DNA of 64,000 nt from Bacilli bacterium (GCA_050953065.1 JBMNLZ010000001.1:96001-160000); one strand, 5' to 3'; positions 1 through 9,115 are shown, counted from the stretch's first letter. Numbers and translations: made by a program. Notes: generated from the sequence alone by a model not told the origin.

Positions 1-1
1 A

Positions 2-544
2 GAGAAGCCTCTAACTGCTTATGATGTTGTTAATTCATATGATTTTGAAAAATTACGTGATATTTTCTTTAAATATGGTGAAGAAAAGTTTTCTCACAGT
101 ATAGCAAAAAACATTGTAAAAAGTCGTGAAGTTAAAAAAATAGAAACTACTTTTGAATTGGTTGAGATTATTAAAAAATCTTTACCAGCTTCAGTCAAAA
201 GAAAAGAAGGTCATCCAGCAAAAAAAGTTTTTCAAGCTATTAGGATTGAAGTCAATGATGAACTTAATGCTTTTGAACAATCTTTAAGAGATTCAATAAG
301 TATGCTTGAAAAAGGTGGTAGAATTGTAGTAATTTCATTTCATTCTTTAGAAGATCGAATTTGTAAAAATATTTTCAAAGAAAAAGTGGAAGTGCTAATT
401 CCTAAAAATGTTCCAATTTTAGAAAAAGATATAAAAAGAGAATTCAGGTTGATTACTAATAAACCGATTACAGCATCTGAAAATGAGTTAAGTGTGAATC
501 ATAGAGCTCATTCTGCAAAACTAAGAATTCTTGAAAAAATTTAA
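2..544 (+). CDS. rsmH: 16S rRNA m4C1402 methyltransferase RsmH (5'-truncated by window edge)
   Basis: Frame open from window start (..YGEEKFS..); motifs HPAKKVFQAIRIEVNDEL, ISFHSLEDRICK, SAKLR. Confidence 0.97.
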   Translation, partial: EKPLTAYDVVNSYDFEKLRDIFFKYGEEKFSHSIAKNIVKSREVKKIETTFELVEIIKKSLPASVKRKEGHPAKKVFQAIRIEVNDELNAFEQSLRDSISMLEKGGRIVVISFHSLEDRICKNIFKEKVEVLIPKNVPILEKDIKREFRLITNKPITASENELSVNHRAHSAKLRILEKI

Positions 545-558
545 CAGGAGGTACGAAT

Positions 559-612
559 ATGAGTAATTTTAGACCTTTACCTAGACCTTTAACACCAAGT
601 TGTAGTGAATAG
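559..612 (+). CDS. putative 17-aa small protein MSNFRPLPRPLTPSCSE
   Basis: SD AGGAGGT at 546-552, 6 nt before ATG 559; TAG TAG double stop; terminator follows; too short for the ORF track. Confidence 0.5.
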   Translation: MSNFRPLPRPLTPSCSE

Positions 613-637
613 TAGTTTTTTATGCCGATTTCGTGCT

Positions 638-664
638 AAAAAAGAACCTATGGTTCTTTTTTTT
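638..664 (+). terminator. intrinsic terminator after rsmH/sORF
   Basis: AAAAAAGAACC-TAT-GGTTCTTTTTT with T-tract. Confidence 0.8.
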
Positions 665-722
665 GTTGTAATTATATGAGAAAATATGATAGAATTATAA
701 TGTAAAAGAAAGGGAGTAAATT

Positions 723-1280
723 ATGAAAATAATTTATGGAGGTTCATTTAATCCACCTACTATAGCACATTACAAAATTGCTGAATACTTATTAGAAAAA
801 TTTCCAGTTAATGAACTTATATTTCTTCCTGTAGCTAATAATTATACTAAAAAGGGACTGGTAGATTTTGAACATCGTTATAAAATGTTAGAAATTTATT
901 GTAAAAAATTAGGAGCAAGAGTATCAATAAGTGATTATGAGGCCACACTTGATAAGTATGAAGGTACAATTAAAACCTTAGAGCATTTCAATAATCCTTA
1001 TTTTGTGATAGGGGCGGATAATTTATTATCAATTAAAGAATGGGCTGGATTTCCCAATGTGCTACAAAAAGGAATATTTATAGTAATTCCAAGAAACAAC
1101 ATAAATATGCATAAGTTTATAAATGATGATGAAATTCTTTGCAAATATAAAGATAGATTTATTATCTTAGATGAATTTGAAGAAATACCAATTTCAGCCA
1201 GCAAATATAGGACTAATAAAAATGTGCGTTTTCTTGATAAAGATATTGAAGAATATATAAAAAAATTTGATTTATATTAA
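723..1280 (+). CDS. nadD: nicotinate-nucleotide adenylyltransferase
   Basis: GGSFNPPTIAH (HIGH-type), IGADNL, ISASKYR; SD AGGGAG. Confidence 0.9.
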   Translation: MKIIYGGSFNPPTIAHYKIAEYLLEKFPVNELIFLPVANNYTKKGLVDFEHRYKMLEIYCKKLGARVSISDYEATLDKYEGTIKTLEHFNNPYFVIGADNLLSIKEWAGFPNVLQKGIFIVIPRNNINMHKFINDDEILCKYKDRFIILDEFEEIPISASKYRTNKNVRFLDKDIEEYIKKFDLY

Positions 1281-1288
1281 TAAATGTA

Positions 1289-1317
1289 TTGATTTTTTTA
1301 GTTTTTTCGTGTAAAAT
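1289..1317 (+). promoter_or_regulatory. sigma-A-type promoter of valS leader
   Basis: TTGATT-17 nt-TAAAAT just upstream of the T-box leader. Confidence 0.6.
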
Positions 1318-1323
1318 GAGTAA

Positions 1324-1550
1324 AAGCTGAGAAAAGGAAGAGTAATATAAAAATGCTTTTAGAGAGGACTTGTTTGGTGAAAAAGTCTAGTAGATTTATA
1401 TGAAGGTAGCCTTGGAGTTGATATTGCGAAATAATAGTAGTAATATTCGGTAAATCACCGTTATTAGATAATGAGTGCATCTTGACAAAGATGAATTAGG
1501 GTGGTACCGCGGATTTTTTCGTCCTTAAGAATGTTCTTAAGGAATTTTTT
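1324..1550 (+). promoter_or_regulatory. T-box riboswitch (Val specifier)
   Basis: AGAGAG (1361) and GGTGAA (1376) stem I motifs, GTA Val specifier at 1406-1408, CCGTTA at 1458, T-box AATTAGGGTGGTACCGCG 1494-1511 pairing with TCGTCCTT, terminator TCCTTAAGAA-TG-TTCTTAAGGA then T-tract. Confidence 0.95.
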
Positions 1551-1566
1551 ATTGAGGAGTGAAATT

Positions 1567-4182
1567 ATGAAATTTAAAAACATGGAACCAAAATATGATT
1601 TTAACGAAGTAGAAAAAGGTAAATATGAAGAGTGGATAAAAAAAGGCTATTTTACGGCTGGTGATAAAAATAAAGAAGCTTTTACTATTGTAATTCCACC
1701 ACCAAATATTACTGGAAAACTTCATTTAGGCCATACTTTAGATACAACTTTACAAGATATTATAATTAGAAGAAAAAGAATGCAAGGTTATGATACATTG
1801 TATTTACCCGGTATGGACCATGCAAGTATTGCAACTCAAGCAAAAATTGAGGAAAAATTAAAATCAGAAGGTAAAAGTCGTTATAATCTAGGAAGAGAAA
1901 AATTCTTAGAAGTTGCCTGGCAATGGAAAGAGGAATATTCTAATCTAATTAGAAAACAATGGGCAATTTTAGGGCTTAGTTTAGATTATACCAGAGAAAG
2001 GTTTACTTTAGATCAAAAATTAAATGAAGCTGTTAACCATGTTTTTGTTAAAATGTATAATGAAAATATTATATATAGAGGCGAAAAAATTATAAATTGG
2101 GATTGCCAAAGCAAAACAGCCTTATCTAACATTGAGGTTGATTATAAAGAAGTAGAAGCAGCGTTATATTATATTAACTATCCTTTTGTTGAGGGGGATG
2201 GATTTTTAACTATTGCTACTACAAGACCTGAGACAATGTTTGGTGATGTTGCTTTAATGGTAAACCCAAAAGATAAAAGGTATAAAAAATTTGTGGGGAA
2301 GTCAGTATATATACCACTTACTGAAAGAGTTATTCCAATAATAGAAGACGATTATGTTGAAGTTGAATTTGGAACAGGTGTAGTTAAAGTGACTCCTGCT
2401 CATGATCCTAATGATTTTGAAGTAGGAAATAGACATAATCTACCTAGATTGCTTTGTATAAATGAAGATGGAACTATGGGAGAACTTTCAGGAATTTATA
2501 ATAAATTGGATAGGTTTGAATGTCGTAAAAGAGTAGTTGAAGATTTAACTAAAGAAAAACTACTAGTTAAAATTGAAAAAATTATTCATTCTATAGGTCA
2601 TAGTGAAAGAACTGGTGTTGTAGTTGAGCCGATGTTATCAAAACAATGGTTTGTAAAAATGGATGATTTAGCAAAAGATTTGATTAATATGCAAAATAAT
2701 CCATCGAAAAAAATCAATTTTGTTCCTGAAAGATTTGAAAAGATATTCCTAAATTGGTTAGAAAATATTCAGGACTGGTGTATATCACGTCAATTATGGT
2801 GGGGGCATAGAATTCCGGCGTGGTATAAAAATGATGAAGTGTATGTAGGAGTTAATCCACCAAAAGAAGAAGGGTGGATCCAAGATGAAGATGCCTTAGA
2901 TACTTGGTTTTCTTCAGCCCTTTGGCCTTTTTCTACTCTAGGTTGGCCTGAAGATACTGATGATTTTAAAAAATTTTTTCCTACTGATGTCTTAGTAACA
3001 GGGTATGATATCATTTTCTTTTGGGTTGCAAGAATGGCTTTTCAATCAAAATATTTAATTGGAACTAGGCCATTTAAAGATGTTTTGATCCACGGGATAA
3101 TTAGAGATGAATTAGGGCGAAAAGTAAGTAAATCACTAAATAATGGGGCAGACATGATTGAAGTAAGAGATACTTATGGCATCGATAGTTTGCGTTATTT
3201 TTTAACAACTACTAACACTCCGGGACAAGATATAAGATTTTCTGAAGAAAAAATTGAAGCTTCTTGGAATTATATCAATAAGATTTGGAATGTTTCGAGA
3301 TTTATTGGCATCTCAATTGAAGCACAATCTTATAAAAATCAAGAAATCAATCTTAAGTTATTAAATATCTTTGATAAGTGGATTTTATCAGAATTAAATA
3401 AAGTTATTGAAAATATTGATTATAATTATGAAAAATATGAATTTGGAGAAGTAGCAAAAGTAATTTATAAATTCGTATGGAATGATTTTGCTTCATGGTA
3501 TTTGGAAATGACAAAAGTTGTTTTTCAAGAGGGATCTAACGAAGAAAAACAAAACACTTGTGCTATATTAGTTTATGTTTTAAAAAGCATATTAAAAATG
3601 TTACATCCGTTTATACCGTTTGTAACTGAAGATATTTATCAAAGATTTGAAGATGAGAGCATTACTATTAGTAAATGGCCAGTTTTTAAAAAGGAATTTA
3701 ATTTTACAAATTCTGATGAAGTTGTGTTGATTTATGATATTATTACGGTAGTTAGAAATATTAGAGCTATGAAAAATGTTCCTAATAGTAAAGCTGTAAA
3801 ATTAAATTTAGAAATTAAAAAGCCTGAATTTAAACTATTAGTAGAAAGTAATTTGAAATATCTTCAAAAATTTTGCAATTATAGTGAAATTTCAATTATT
3901 CCTGAACTTGAAAACAGAAAAAAAAGTGCAGTTTCTATTCTAGAAGATGTTGTTGTTTCTATTCCGTTAGCAACTTTAATTGATTTAGATGAAGAGTTAA
4001 TTAGATTAAATAAAAAGAAAGATACTACTATTGGTGAAATTAAAAGAATTGAAAATATGTTAGATAATCCTAATTTTATTAGTAAAGCACCTGTAGAAAA
4101 AATTAATTTAGAAAAGGAAAAATTGGAAGGATATAAGAAAGTATTATCAGAGATAGAAAAATCAATTGATGAAATAAGTTAA
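1567..4182 (+). CDS. valS: valine--tRNA ligase
   Basis: PPPNITGKLHLGH, DWCISRQLWWGH, KVSKS; start moved to ATG 1567 after SD GAGGAG because the track start lies inside the T-box. Confidence 0.98.
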   Translation: MKFKNMEPKYDFNEVEKGKYEEWIKKGYFTAGDKNKEAFTIVIPPPNITGKLHLGHTLDTTLQDIIIRRKRMQGYDTLYLPGMDHASIATQAKIEEKLKSEGKSRYNLGREKFLEVAWQWKEEYSNLIRKQWAILGLSLDYTRERFTLDQKLNEAVNHVFVKMYNENIIYRGEKIINWDCQSKTALSNIEVDYKEVEAALYYINYPFVEGDGFLTIATTRPETMFGDVALMVNPKDKRYKKFVGKSVYIPLTERVIPIIEDDYVEVEFGTGVVKVTPAHDPNDFEVGNRHNLPRLLCINEDGTMGELSGIYNKLDRFECRKRVVEDLTKEKLLVKIEKIIHSIGHSERTGVVVEPMLSKQWFVKMDDLAKDLINMQNNPSKKINFVPERFEKIFLNWLENIQDWCISRQLWWGHRIPAWYKNDEVYVGVNPPKEEGWIQDEDALDTWFSSALWPFSTLGWPEDTDDFKKFFPTDVLVTGYDIIFFWVARMAFQSKYLIGTRPFKDVLIHGIIRDELGRKVSKSLNNGADMIEVRDTYGIDSLRYFLTTTNTPGQDIRFSEEKIEASWNYINKIWNVSRFIGISIEAQSYKNQEINLKLLNIFDKWILSELNKVIENIDYNYEKYEFGEVAKVIYKFVWNDFASWYLEMTKVVFQEGSNEEKQNTCAILVYVLKSILKMLHPFIPFVTEDIYQRFEDESITISKWPVFKKEFNFTNSDEVVLIYDIITVVRNIRAMKNVPNSKAVKLNLEIKKPEFKLLVESNLKYLQKFCNYSEISIIPELENRKKSAVSILEDVVVSIPLATLIDLDEELIRLNKKKDTTIGEIKRIENMLDNPNFISKAPVEKINLEKEKLEGYKKVLSEIEKSIDEIS

Positions 4183-4193
4183 AGAAGGTTAAG

Positions 4194-5459
4194 ATGTTTA
4201 AAAAAACTATAGACTTACTTAATTATATTGAAGGGAAAAAAGGAACTATTGCTGAACCCAGTTTAAATAATATGAAGAAATTAATTAAATTGTTTGATAT
4301 ATCAAACAATTTAAAAATCATTCATGTTGCAGGCACAAATGGTAAGGGATCTGTTGTTGCTTATATAAATAATGTATTGTTAAATAATAAATATAATGTA
4401 GGTAAATTTGTTTCACCTTATATATCAACATTTAACGAAAGAATTTGTTATAACGATAACCCCATTAGTGATGCTGATTTATTATTTTTTGGAAATTTAA
4501 TTATAGAAAAGTATCCTTTGATAGAAAAAGAAGGTTTAAAAACTCCATCATTTTTTGAATTTATTACATTATTAGCTCTTATGTATTTTTCTTCTTTTAA
4601 AAAAATAGATTTTGTAATTTTAGAGGTTGGTTTAGGTGGAATTTATGATCCTACCAATGTAGTCAATCCAATATTAACTATTATTACTAGTATTTCTTTT
4701 GATCATATGCATATTCTAGGAAATTCTTTGTTAGAAATAGCTGATAATAAATTAGGAATTTTGAAAAAAAACATTCCTTTAATTACTTTAGATAATCCAA
4801 ATATTAATGATTTAGTTATAAGAAAGGCTAATAATTCTACAAGTGAAGTAATACTAGTAAAACAAGAGGATATTAAAGAAACAAAGACTAGTTTTACAAA
4901 AACTACTTTTAGGTATAAAAATAAGTTTTATTGCTTAAGTATGCTTGGAAAACATCAGGCTGAAAATGCATGTATAGCTATTGAGGCTCTTAATAAGCTT
5001 ATTAATGATGGTTTTATAAAAGTAAAAAAAATTGAAAAATATTTACATAAAACTAAATGGGCAGGCCGATTAGAGCTTATAAATAAAAGACCGATTATGA
5101 TTGTTGATGGTGCCCACAATTATGATGCGATAGTTAAACTAGGAACATTTATTAATTCTGTTAAAAATAAAAAAGAAGTTAGGGTAATTTTTGCAGTTTC
5201 TAATGATAAAGAAATTGAAAAAATGGTTTTAGAAATTGAAAAATACGCTGATCAAATTATTTTTACTAAAATTAATAATCTTAGAAGTGTTGATCCGACA
5301 ATTTTATTTAAATATTCAACCCACGAAAATAAAAGTTTTGAATTAGATTTGGAAAAAATATATATCAAAATAAAAAAAGATTCTAAATTTATTAATATAT
5401 TTTGTGGAAGTTTATACTTTGTTGGCGAAATAAAAAAATATATTTTTAAAAAAGAGTAA
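4194..5459 (+). CDS. folC: folylpolyglutamate/dihydrofolate synthase
   Basis: HVAGTNGKGS, EVGLGG, DGAHN, GSLYFVG; valS-folC synteny. Confidence 0.95.
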   Translation: MFKKTIDLLNYIEGKKGTIAEPSLNNMKKLIKLFDISNNLKIIHVAGTNGKGSVVAYINNVLLNNKYNVGKFVSPYISTFNERICYNDNPISDADLLFFGNLIIEKYPLIEKEGLKTPSFFEFITLLALMYFSSFKKIDFVILEVGLGGIYDPTNVVNPILTIITSISFDHMHILGNSLLEIADNKLGILKKNIPLITLDNPNINDLVIRKANNSTSEVILVKQEDIKETKTSFTKTTFRYKNKFYCLSMLGKHQAENACIAIEALNKLINDGFIKVKKIEKYLHKTKWAGRLELINKRPIMIVDGAHNYDAIVKLGTFINSVKNKKEVRVIFAVSNDKEIEKMVLEIEKYADQIIFTKINNLRSVDPTILFKYSTHENKSFELDLEKIYIKIKKDSKFINIFCGSLYFVGEIKKYIFKKE

Positions 5460-5498
5460 AAACAGTAATTTCTATTAATATATATATGGAGGGTATAT

Positions 5499-6185
5499 AT
5501 GAGTTATTTATTAAAAGAAATTCCTGTTGAAGATCGTCCTCGAGAAAGACTTGAAAAAAATGGCCCTGCATCTCTTTCTAATTATGAATTGCTAGCCATT
5601 TTATTGAGAACGGGTTATAAAGAAGTATCAGTTTTAGATCTTGCTAAAGAAATTATTCTTAAAATAGAAAAACTACAAAAGTTATCTGAAATTACTATAA
5701 CTGAATTAACTGAAATAAAAGGAATTGGAAAAGCGAAGGCTATTGAAATAATTGCTGCTATTGAACTTGGAAAACGTATAAACAAACCAATTTTGAATAA
5801 TGCGAAATTAGATAATGCAAAATTAGTTTATTTATTGTTTAAAGAAGAAATGCAGAATTTATCTCAAGAACATTTTAAATGTATTTATTTAAATTCCAAA
5901 TCTGAAATTATAGAGAAAAAACTTTTGTCCATTGGTAGCAGTAATATCACTATTTTTAATCCGAAAGATATTTTAAAATGGGGAATTAAACTATCGGCTG
6001 TAGGAATAATTTTGGTGCACAATCATCCAAGTGGAGACCCTTTACCTAGTAGAGCAGACATAAAAATGACTGATGCTATCATTAATGCAGCAAAAATGGT
6101 TGATATAAAAGTAGTTGATCATATTATCATTGGAAAAGAAAAATATTATAGTTTTAATGAAAATAATATTATGGGTGAATTATGA
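5499..6185 (+). CDS. radC: RadC family protein (HhH + JAB domain)
   Basis: DRPRERL, ELLAILLRTG, GIGKAKA, HNHPSGDPLPSRAD, DHIIIG. Confidence 0.95.
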   Translation: MSYLLKEIPVEDRPRERLEKNGPASLSNYELLAILLRTGYKEVSVLDLAKEIILKIEKLQKLSEITITELTEIKGIGKAKAIEIIAAIELGKRINKPILNNAKLDNAKLVYLLFKEEMQNLSQEHFKCIYLNSKSEIIEKKLLSIGSSNITIFNPKDILKWGIKLSAVGIILVHNHPSGDPLPSRADIKMTDAIINAAKMVDIKVVDHIIIGKEKYYSFNENNIMGEL

Positions 6186-6832
6186 ACAGTATGACTATTA
6201 ATGGTTATAAAGCTGAAATAATATATAAACAGAAAAAAAATAAAAATATCAGCATAAAAATCAGCGAAGGTAAAATTTTTTTAACCTATCCTTTAAATTG
6301 CCCTTTTAAAAAAGCTTTAAGCTTCTTTGAAGAACACAAAGATTGGATTGAAAAAAATTATAAACCTCCTAAAAAGTCGATTTTTGAAAAAAAAAGGGCT
6401 AGCATATTTGGTAAAGAATATGTAGTTCTTGTAGACTCTATGCAAAAAGAAAAAACTTTGAAAAAAGATGGAGTAATAATACTGAATCGACCTGATGAAA
6501 ATTTGATTTTTGATTTATTTAAATATGAATTTGTTAAAGTATTTAATGAAGTAAAAAACAAATTTCAAAATAAACTAAAAATGGAGCCATTTTTAAAATT
6601 CAGAATGATGAAAACAAAATGGGGAACATGTAATTATAAAAAATACATCATTACAATCAATAAAAAATTGATGTATTATGAAAAAAAATATTTAGAGTAT
6701 GTAATGTATCATGAATTTACCCATTTTTTATTCCCTAATCATGGTAAAAAATTTTATGAAGAATTGTACAAATATGTGCAAGATTATAAAAAAGTAATTA
6801 ATACTTTGAAGGAAAGGAATCAAGATGCATAA
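6182..6832 (+). CDS. YgjP/DUF45 (M48-like) metal-dependent hydrolase
   Basis: MKTKWGTC, YVMYHEFTH (HExxH), NHGKKFY; ATGA overlap with radC. Confidence 0.85.
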   Translation: MNSMTINGYKAEIIYKQKKNKNISIKISEGKIFLTYPLNCPFKKALSFFEEHKDWIEKNYKPPKKSIFEKKRASIFGKEYVVLVDSMQKEKTLKKDGVIILNRPDENLIFDLFKYEFVKVFNEVKNKFQNKLKMEPFLKFRMMKTKWGTCNYKKYIITINKKLMYYEKKYLEYVMYHEFTHFLFPNHGKKFYEELYKYVQDYKKVINTLKERNQDA

Positions 6833-7073
6833 AATTACTAATAATATACAAGAAATCGCAAAAATTTTAAAATATTCACGATTTGAAAAGCAGTTAACAT
6901 TAGCTGAATTAGCAGATAGCATTTGTTGTGTTACTTATTTAAGTAAAATAGAAAATGGAAAAATTAAAGCTGATTATGTAATAGTAAACAAACTATTTGA
7001 AAGACTAAATTTAGATATAAAAACTGTTTTGACTGTATTAGAAGTATTAAACAAAAAAGATACGAATCTTTAG
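6825..7073 (+). CDS. small XRE-type HTH protein
   Basis: LTLAELA..CCVTYLSKIENGK; SD AAGGA; overlaps upstream stop. Confidence 0.8.
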   Translation: MHKITNNIQEIAKILKYSRFEKQLTLAELADSICCVTYLSKIENGKIKADYVIVNKLFERLNLDIKTVLTVLEVLNKKDTNL

Positions 7074-7232
7074 TTTGGTATAAATAGAATTTTAATAATA
7101 AAAAAGGGGACATAAAAAACATTTTAAAAATAATGGTATGTATCTCCTTTTATGGTTCTATTTTTAGTCAAGGATTTTATGATAAATTATAAAAATATAA
7201 TTTATAAAGAACACTTGAGAAAAGGTGATTAT

Positions 7233-8426
7233 ATGAGAAAGATTAATAAAAAAGATGTCAAGCAATTAGGTGCTATTATTAAACACGCACGTTTAAAGAT
7301 GAGATTGACATTAGACAAAATATCAAATGGAAACTGTTGTGTTAGTTATTTAAGCAAAATAGAAAACGGAAAAATTGTACCAGATTTTATAATAACAAGA
7401 AAAATATTTGAAAGATTAGGTTTAGATTTAGATAATACTTTAAGTATGTTTGAAGCAATTAATTTAGAGAAAACCATTAGCAACTTGTTTTATGGTAATA
7501 AAACTGAAATTTCTAAAGCTTATGAAACAGCAAAAGAAGCAACTTTTTCTCCAAAAATATCGTTATTAAAAAGTGTTTATTATTTGCAAAATTTGATGTT
7601 TGATGAATTGCATAACGAACTATTAGAAATTGAAACGGTTGAAAATCGTCTTGAATCATTAGAAAAAGATGTATTCTATTATTTAAGAATAGAAGTTGCA
7701 TTAATTTTAAATAGATTGGAAACTGCATTGATGTTATCTCAAAATTATATATACTTAGATAATACATCTAGCAAATTGAAATATTTAATTGATGAACAAA
7801 AATTTAAATTAAATTATTTTAATAAAGATGATAAAGTTGTAAGTAAAAATTATTATGATTTAATTAGAACTTTCAAAGGCTGGATTCCTGAAAGTAGACA
7901 GTTGTTTAATCGATTAATGATGTTGGAGTTCAAAACAAGTTTTTCAAATGAGTTAATTGATATTAAAAAAGATAATGATTTCGAACAAATTTTAAGTAAC
8001 TTCGGTCCAGATTATTGGTATTTTTATCTAATGAGTCTTAATAATTTAAAATTATATGATGAAGTTATAGATAAAATAGAAAGACTTGATTTTAAATCTG
8101 CAAAAATTTTTGCAGTAAAAGCTATTGCAATATATCATTCAAATAATAAAACATTACTTAAATCTTTTGAAGCAAAAATGAAAGAATATGAATTTAATAA
8201 AGAAGAGTTGGTTCATAAAAATTTTATTTTTTATATAATTCATAAAATGAATAATAAAATGGAAAGACTTTATGAAGAGTTAAAAAGCGATTTATTGGAC
8301 TATTCTTTATTATATTACAATAAATTTTATAATCGCTATTATTATGATGATTATGAAAAGTTTTTATTAAGTACTTCAAAATATAAAGAAGCATCAACTT
8401 TCTTTAAAAAATATATAAAAAGATAA
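7233..8426 (+). CDS. XRE-HTH plus helical-repeat (TPR-like) regulator, RRNPP (NprR/PlcR)-like architecture
   Basis: N-terminal CCVSYLSKIENGK HTH then ~330 aa all-helical Tyr/Leu-rich region; SD AAAGGTG before ATG 7233. Confidence 0.75.
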   Translation: MRKINKKDVKQLGAIIKHARLKMRLTLDKISNGNCCVSYLSKIENGKIVPDFIITRKIFERLGLDLDNTLSMFEAINLEKTISNLFYGNKTEISKAYETAKEATFSPKISLLKSVYYLQNLMFDELHNELLEIETVENRLESLEKDVFYYLRIEVALILNRLETALMLSQNYIYLDNTSSKLKYLIDEQKFKLNYFNKDDKVVSKNYYDLIRTFKGWIPESRQLFNRLMMLEFKTSFSNELIDIKKDNDFEQILSNFGPDYWYFYLMSLNNLKLYDEVIDKIERLDFKSAKIFAVKAIAIYHSNNKTLLKSFEAKMKEYEFNKEELVHKNFIFYIIHKMNNKMERLYEELKSDLLDYSLLYYNKFYNRYYYDDYEKFLLSTSKYKEASTFFKKYIKR

Positions 8427-8436
8427 TATTTCTAAA

Positions 8437-8493
8437 ATAATAACCTCTTGTAGAAAAAGACTTTTTGTTTTATAATATACAAGAGGTTATTAT
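8437..8493. repeat. perfect 16-bp inverted repeat enclosing the trmR promoter
   Basis: ATAATAACCTCTTGTA (8437-8452) / TACAAGAGGTTATTAT (8478-8493), 25-nt spacer. Confidence 0.9.
8448..8476 (+). promoter_or_regulatory. sigma-A-type promoter of trmR-trhP operon
   Basis: TTGTAG-17 nt-TATAAT. Confidence 0.7.
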
Positions 8494-9115
8494 GAATAAA
8501 ATTACTACTTTCAACAAAATTAATTATCCAGATAAACTTTTAAAAATAAAGGAGCATGCAATAAAAACAAAGGTTCCTATAGTTACTGATGATACACTTA
8601 CTTATTTAATTAAAATTATAAAGTTATTGAATGTTAAGAATGTCTTAGAAATAGGGACTGCAATTGGATATAGTGCTATCAGTTTAGCTTTTAACAGTGA
8701 TGTAAGTATTGACAGTATTGAAAAAAATGAAACAAGTTTTAATATAGCTTTAAAAAATATAAGAGAATGTAATTTAACTGATAAAATTAGAGTTTTTCAT
8801 AATGATGCTTTAGATATAGAATTAAAATCTTTAAACAGTAAATATGATTTAATTTTTATTGATGCTGCTAAGGCTCAAATGAGAAAGTTTTTTGAAAAGT
8901 TCTCTAAGTTATTAAGCCCAAATGGAGTTATAATAATTGATAATTTAAATTTTCACGGTTTGGTATATGGTGAAGAACCGATTAAAAGTAAAGACTTAAA
9001 AAGTTTAGTGAGGAAAATAGCTGAATTTAATTTATGGTTATCACAAAATGAAGATTTTGAAACTTATTTTTTTTCAATAGGTGATGGTTTAGCTATTAGT
9101 AAAAGGAAAAAATGA
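8492..9115 (+). CDS. trmR: tRNA 5-hydroxyuridine O-methyltransferase (YrrM/TrmR family)
   Basis: LEIGTAIGYS, FIDAAKAQ, IIDNLNFHG; precedes two U32 genes; start ATG 8492 after SD AAGAGG. Confidence 0.85.
   Translation: MNKITTFNKINYPDKLLKIKEHAIKTKVPIVTDDTLTYLIKIIKLLNVKNVLEIGTAIGYSAISLAFNSDVSIDSIEKNETSFNIALKNIRECNLTDKIRVFHNDALDIELKSLNSKYDLIFIDAAKAQMRKFFEKFSKLLSPNGVIIIDNLNFHGLVYGEEPIKSKDLKSLVRKIAEFNLWLSQNEDFETYFFSIGDGLAISKRKK

Noticed and set aside
644-656. GAAC-CTATG-GTTC as a LexA (Cheo) box
   Set aside because: Spacer is 5 nt, not 4, and it is simply the terminator stem
1298-1566. ORF 1298-1480 (-) and the N-terminal extension of valS from 1501
   Set aside because: Both overlap the T-box RNA; true valS start is ATG 1567
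5499-6832. radC (JAB) plus YgjP-like hydrolase as a defence island
   Set aside because: radC is the full-length chromosomal type in normal valS-folC-radC synteny; no E1/E2, cyclase or restriction genes nearby
7080-7150. Minus-strand AAAGGAG as SD of an RRNPP signal-peptide gene
   Set aside because: No start codon at usable spacing; the downstream frame runs antisense to the small HTH gene and lacks signal-peptide features
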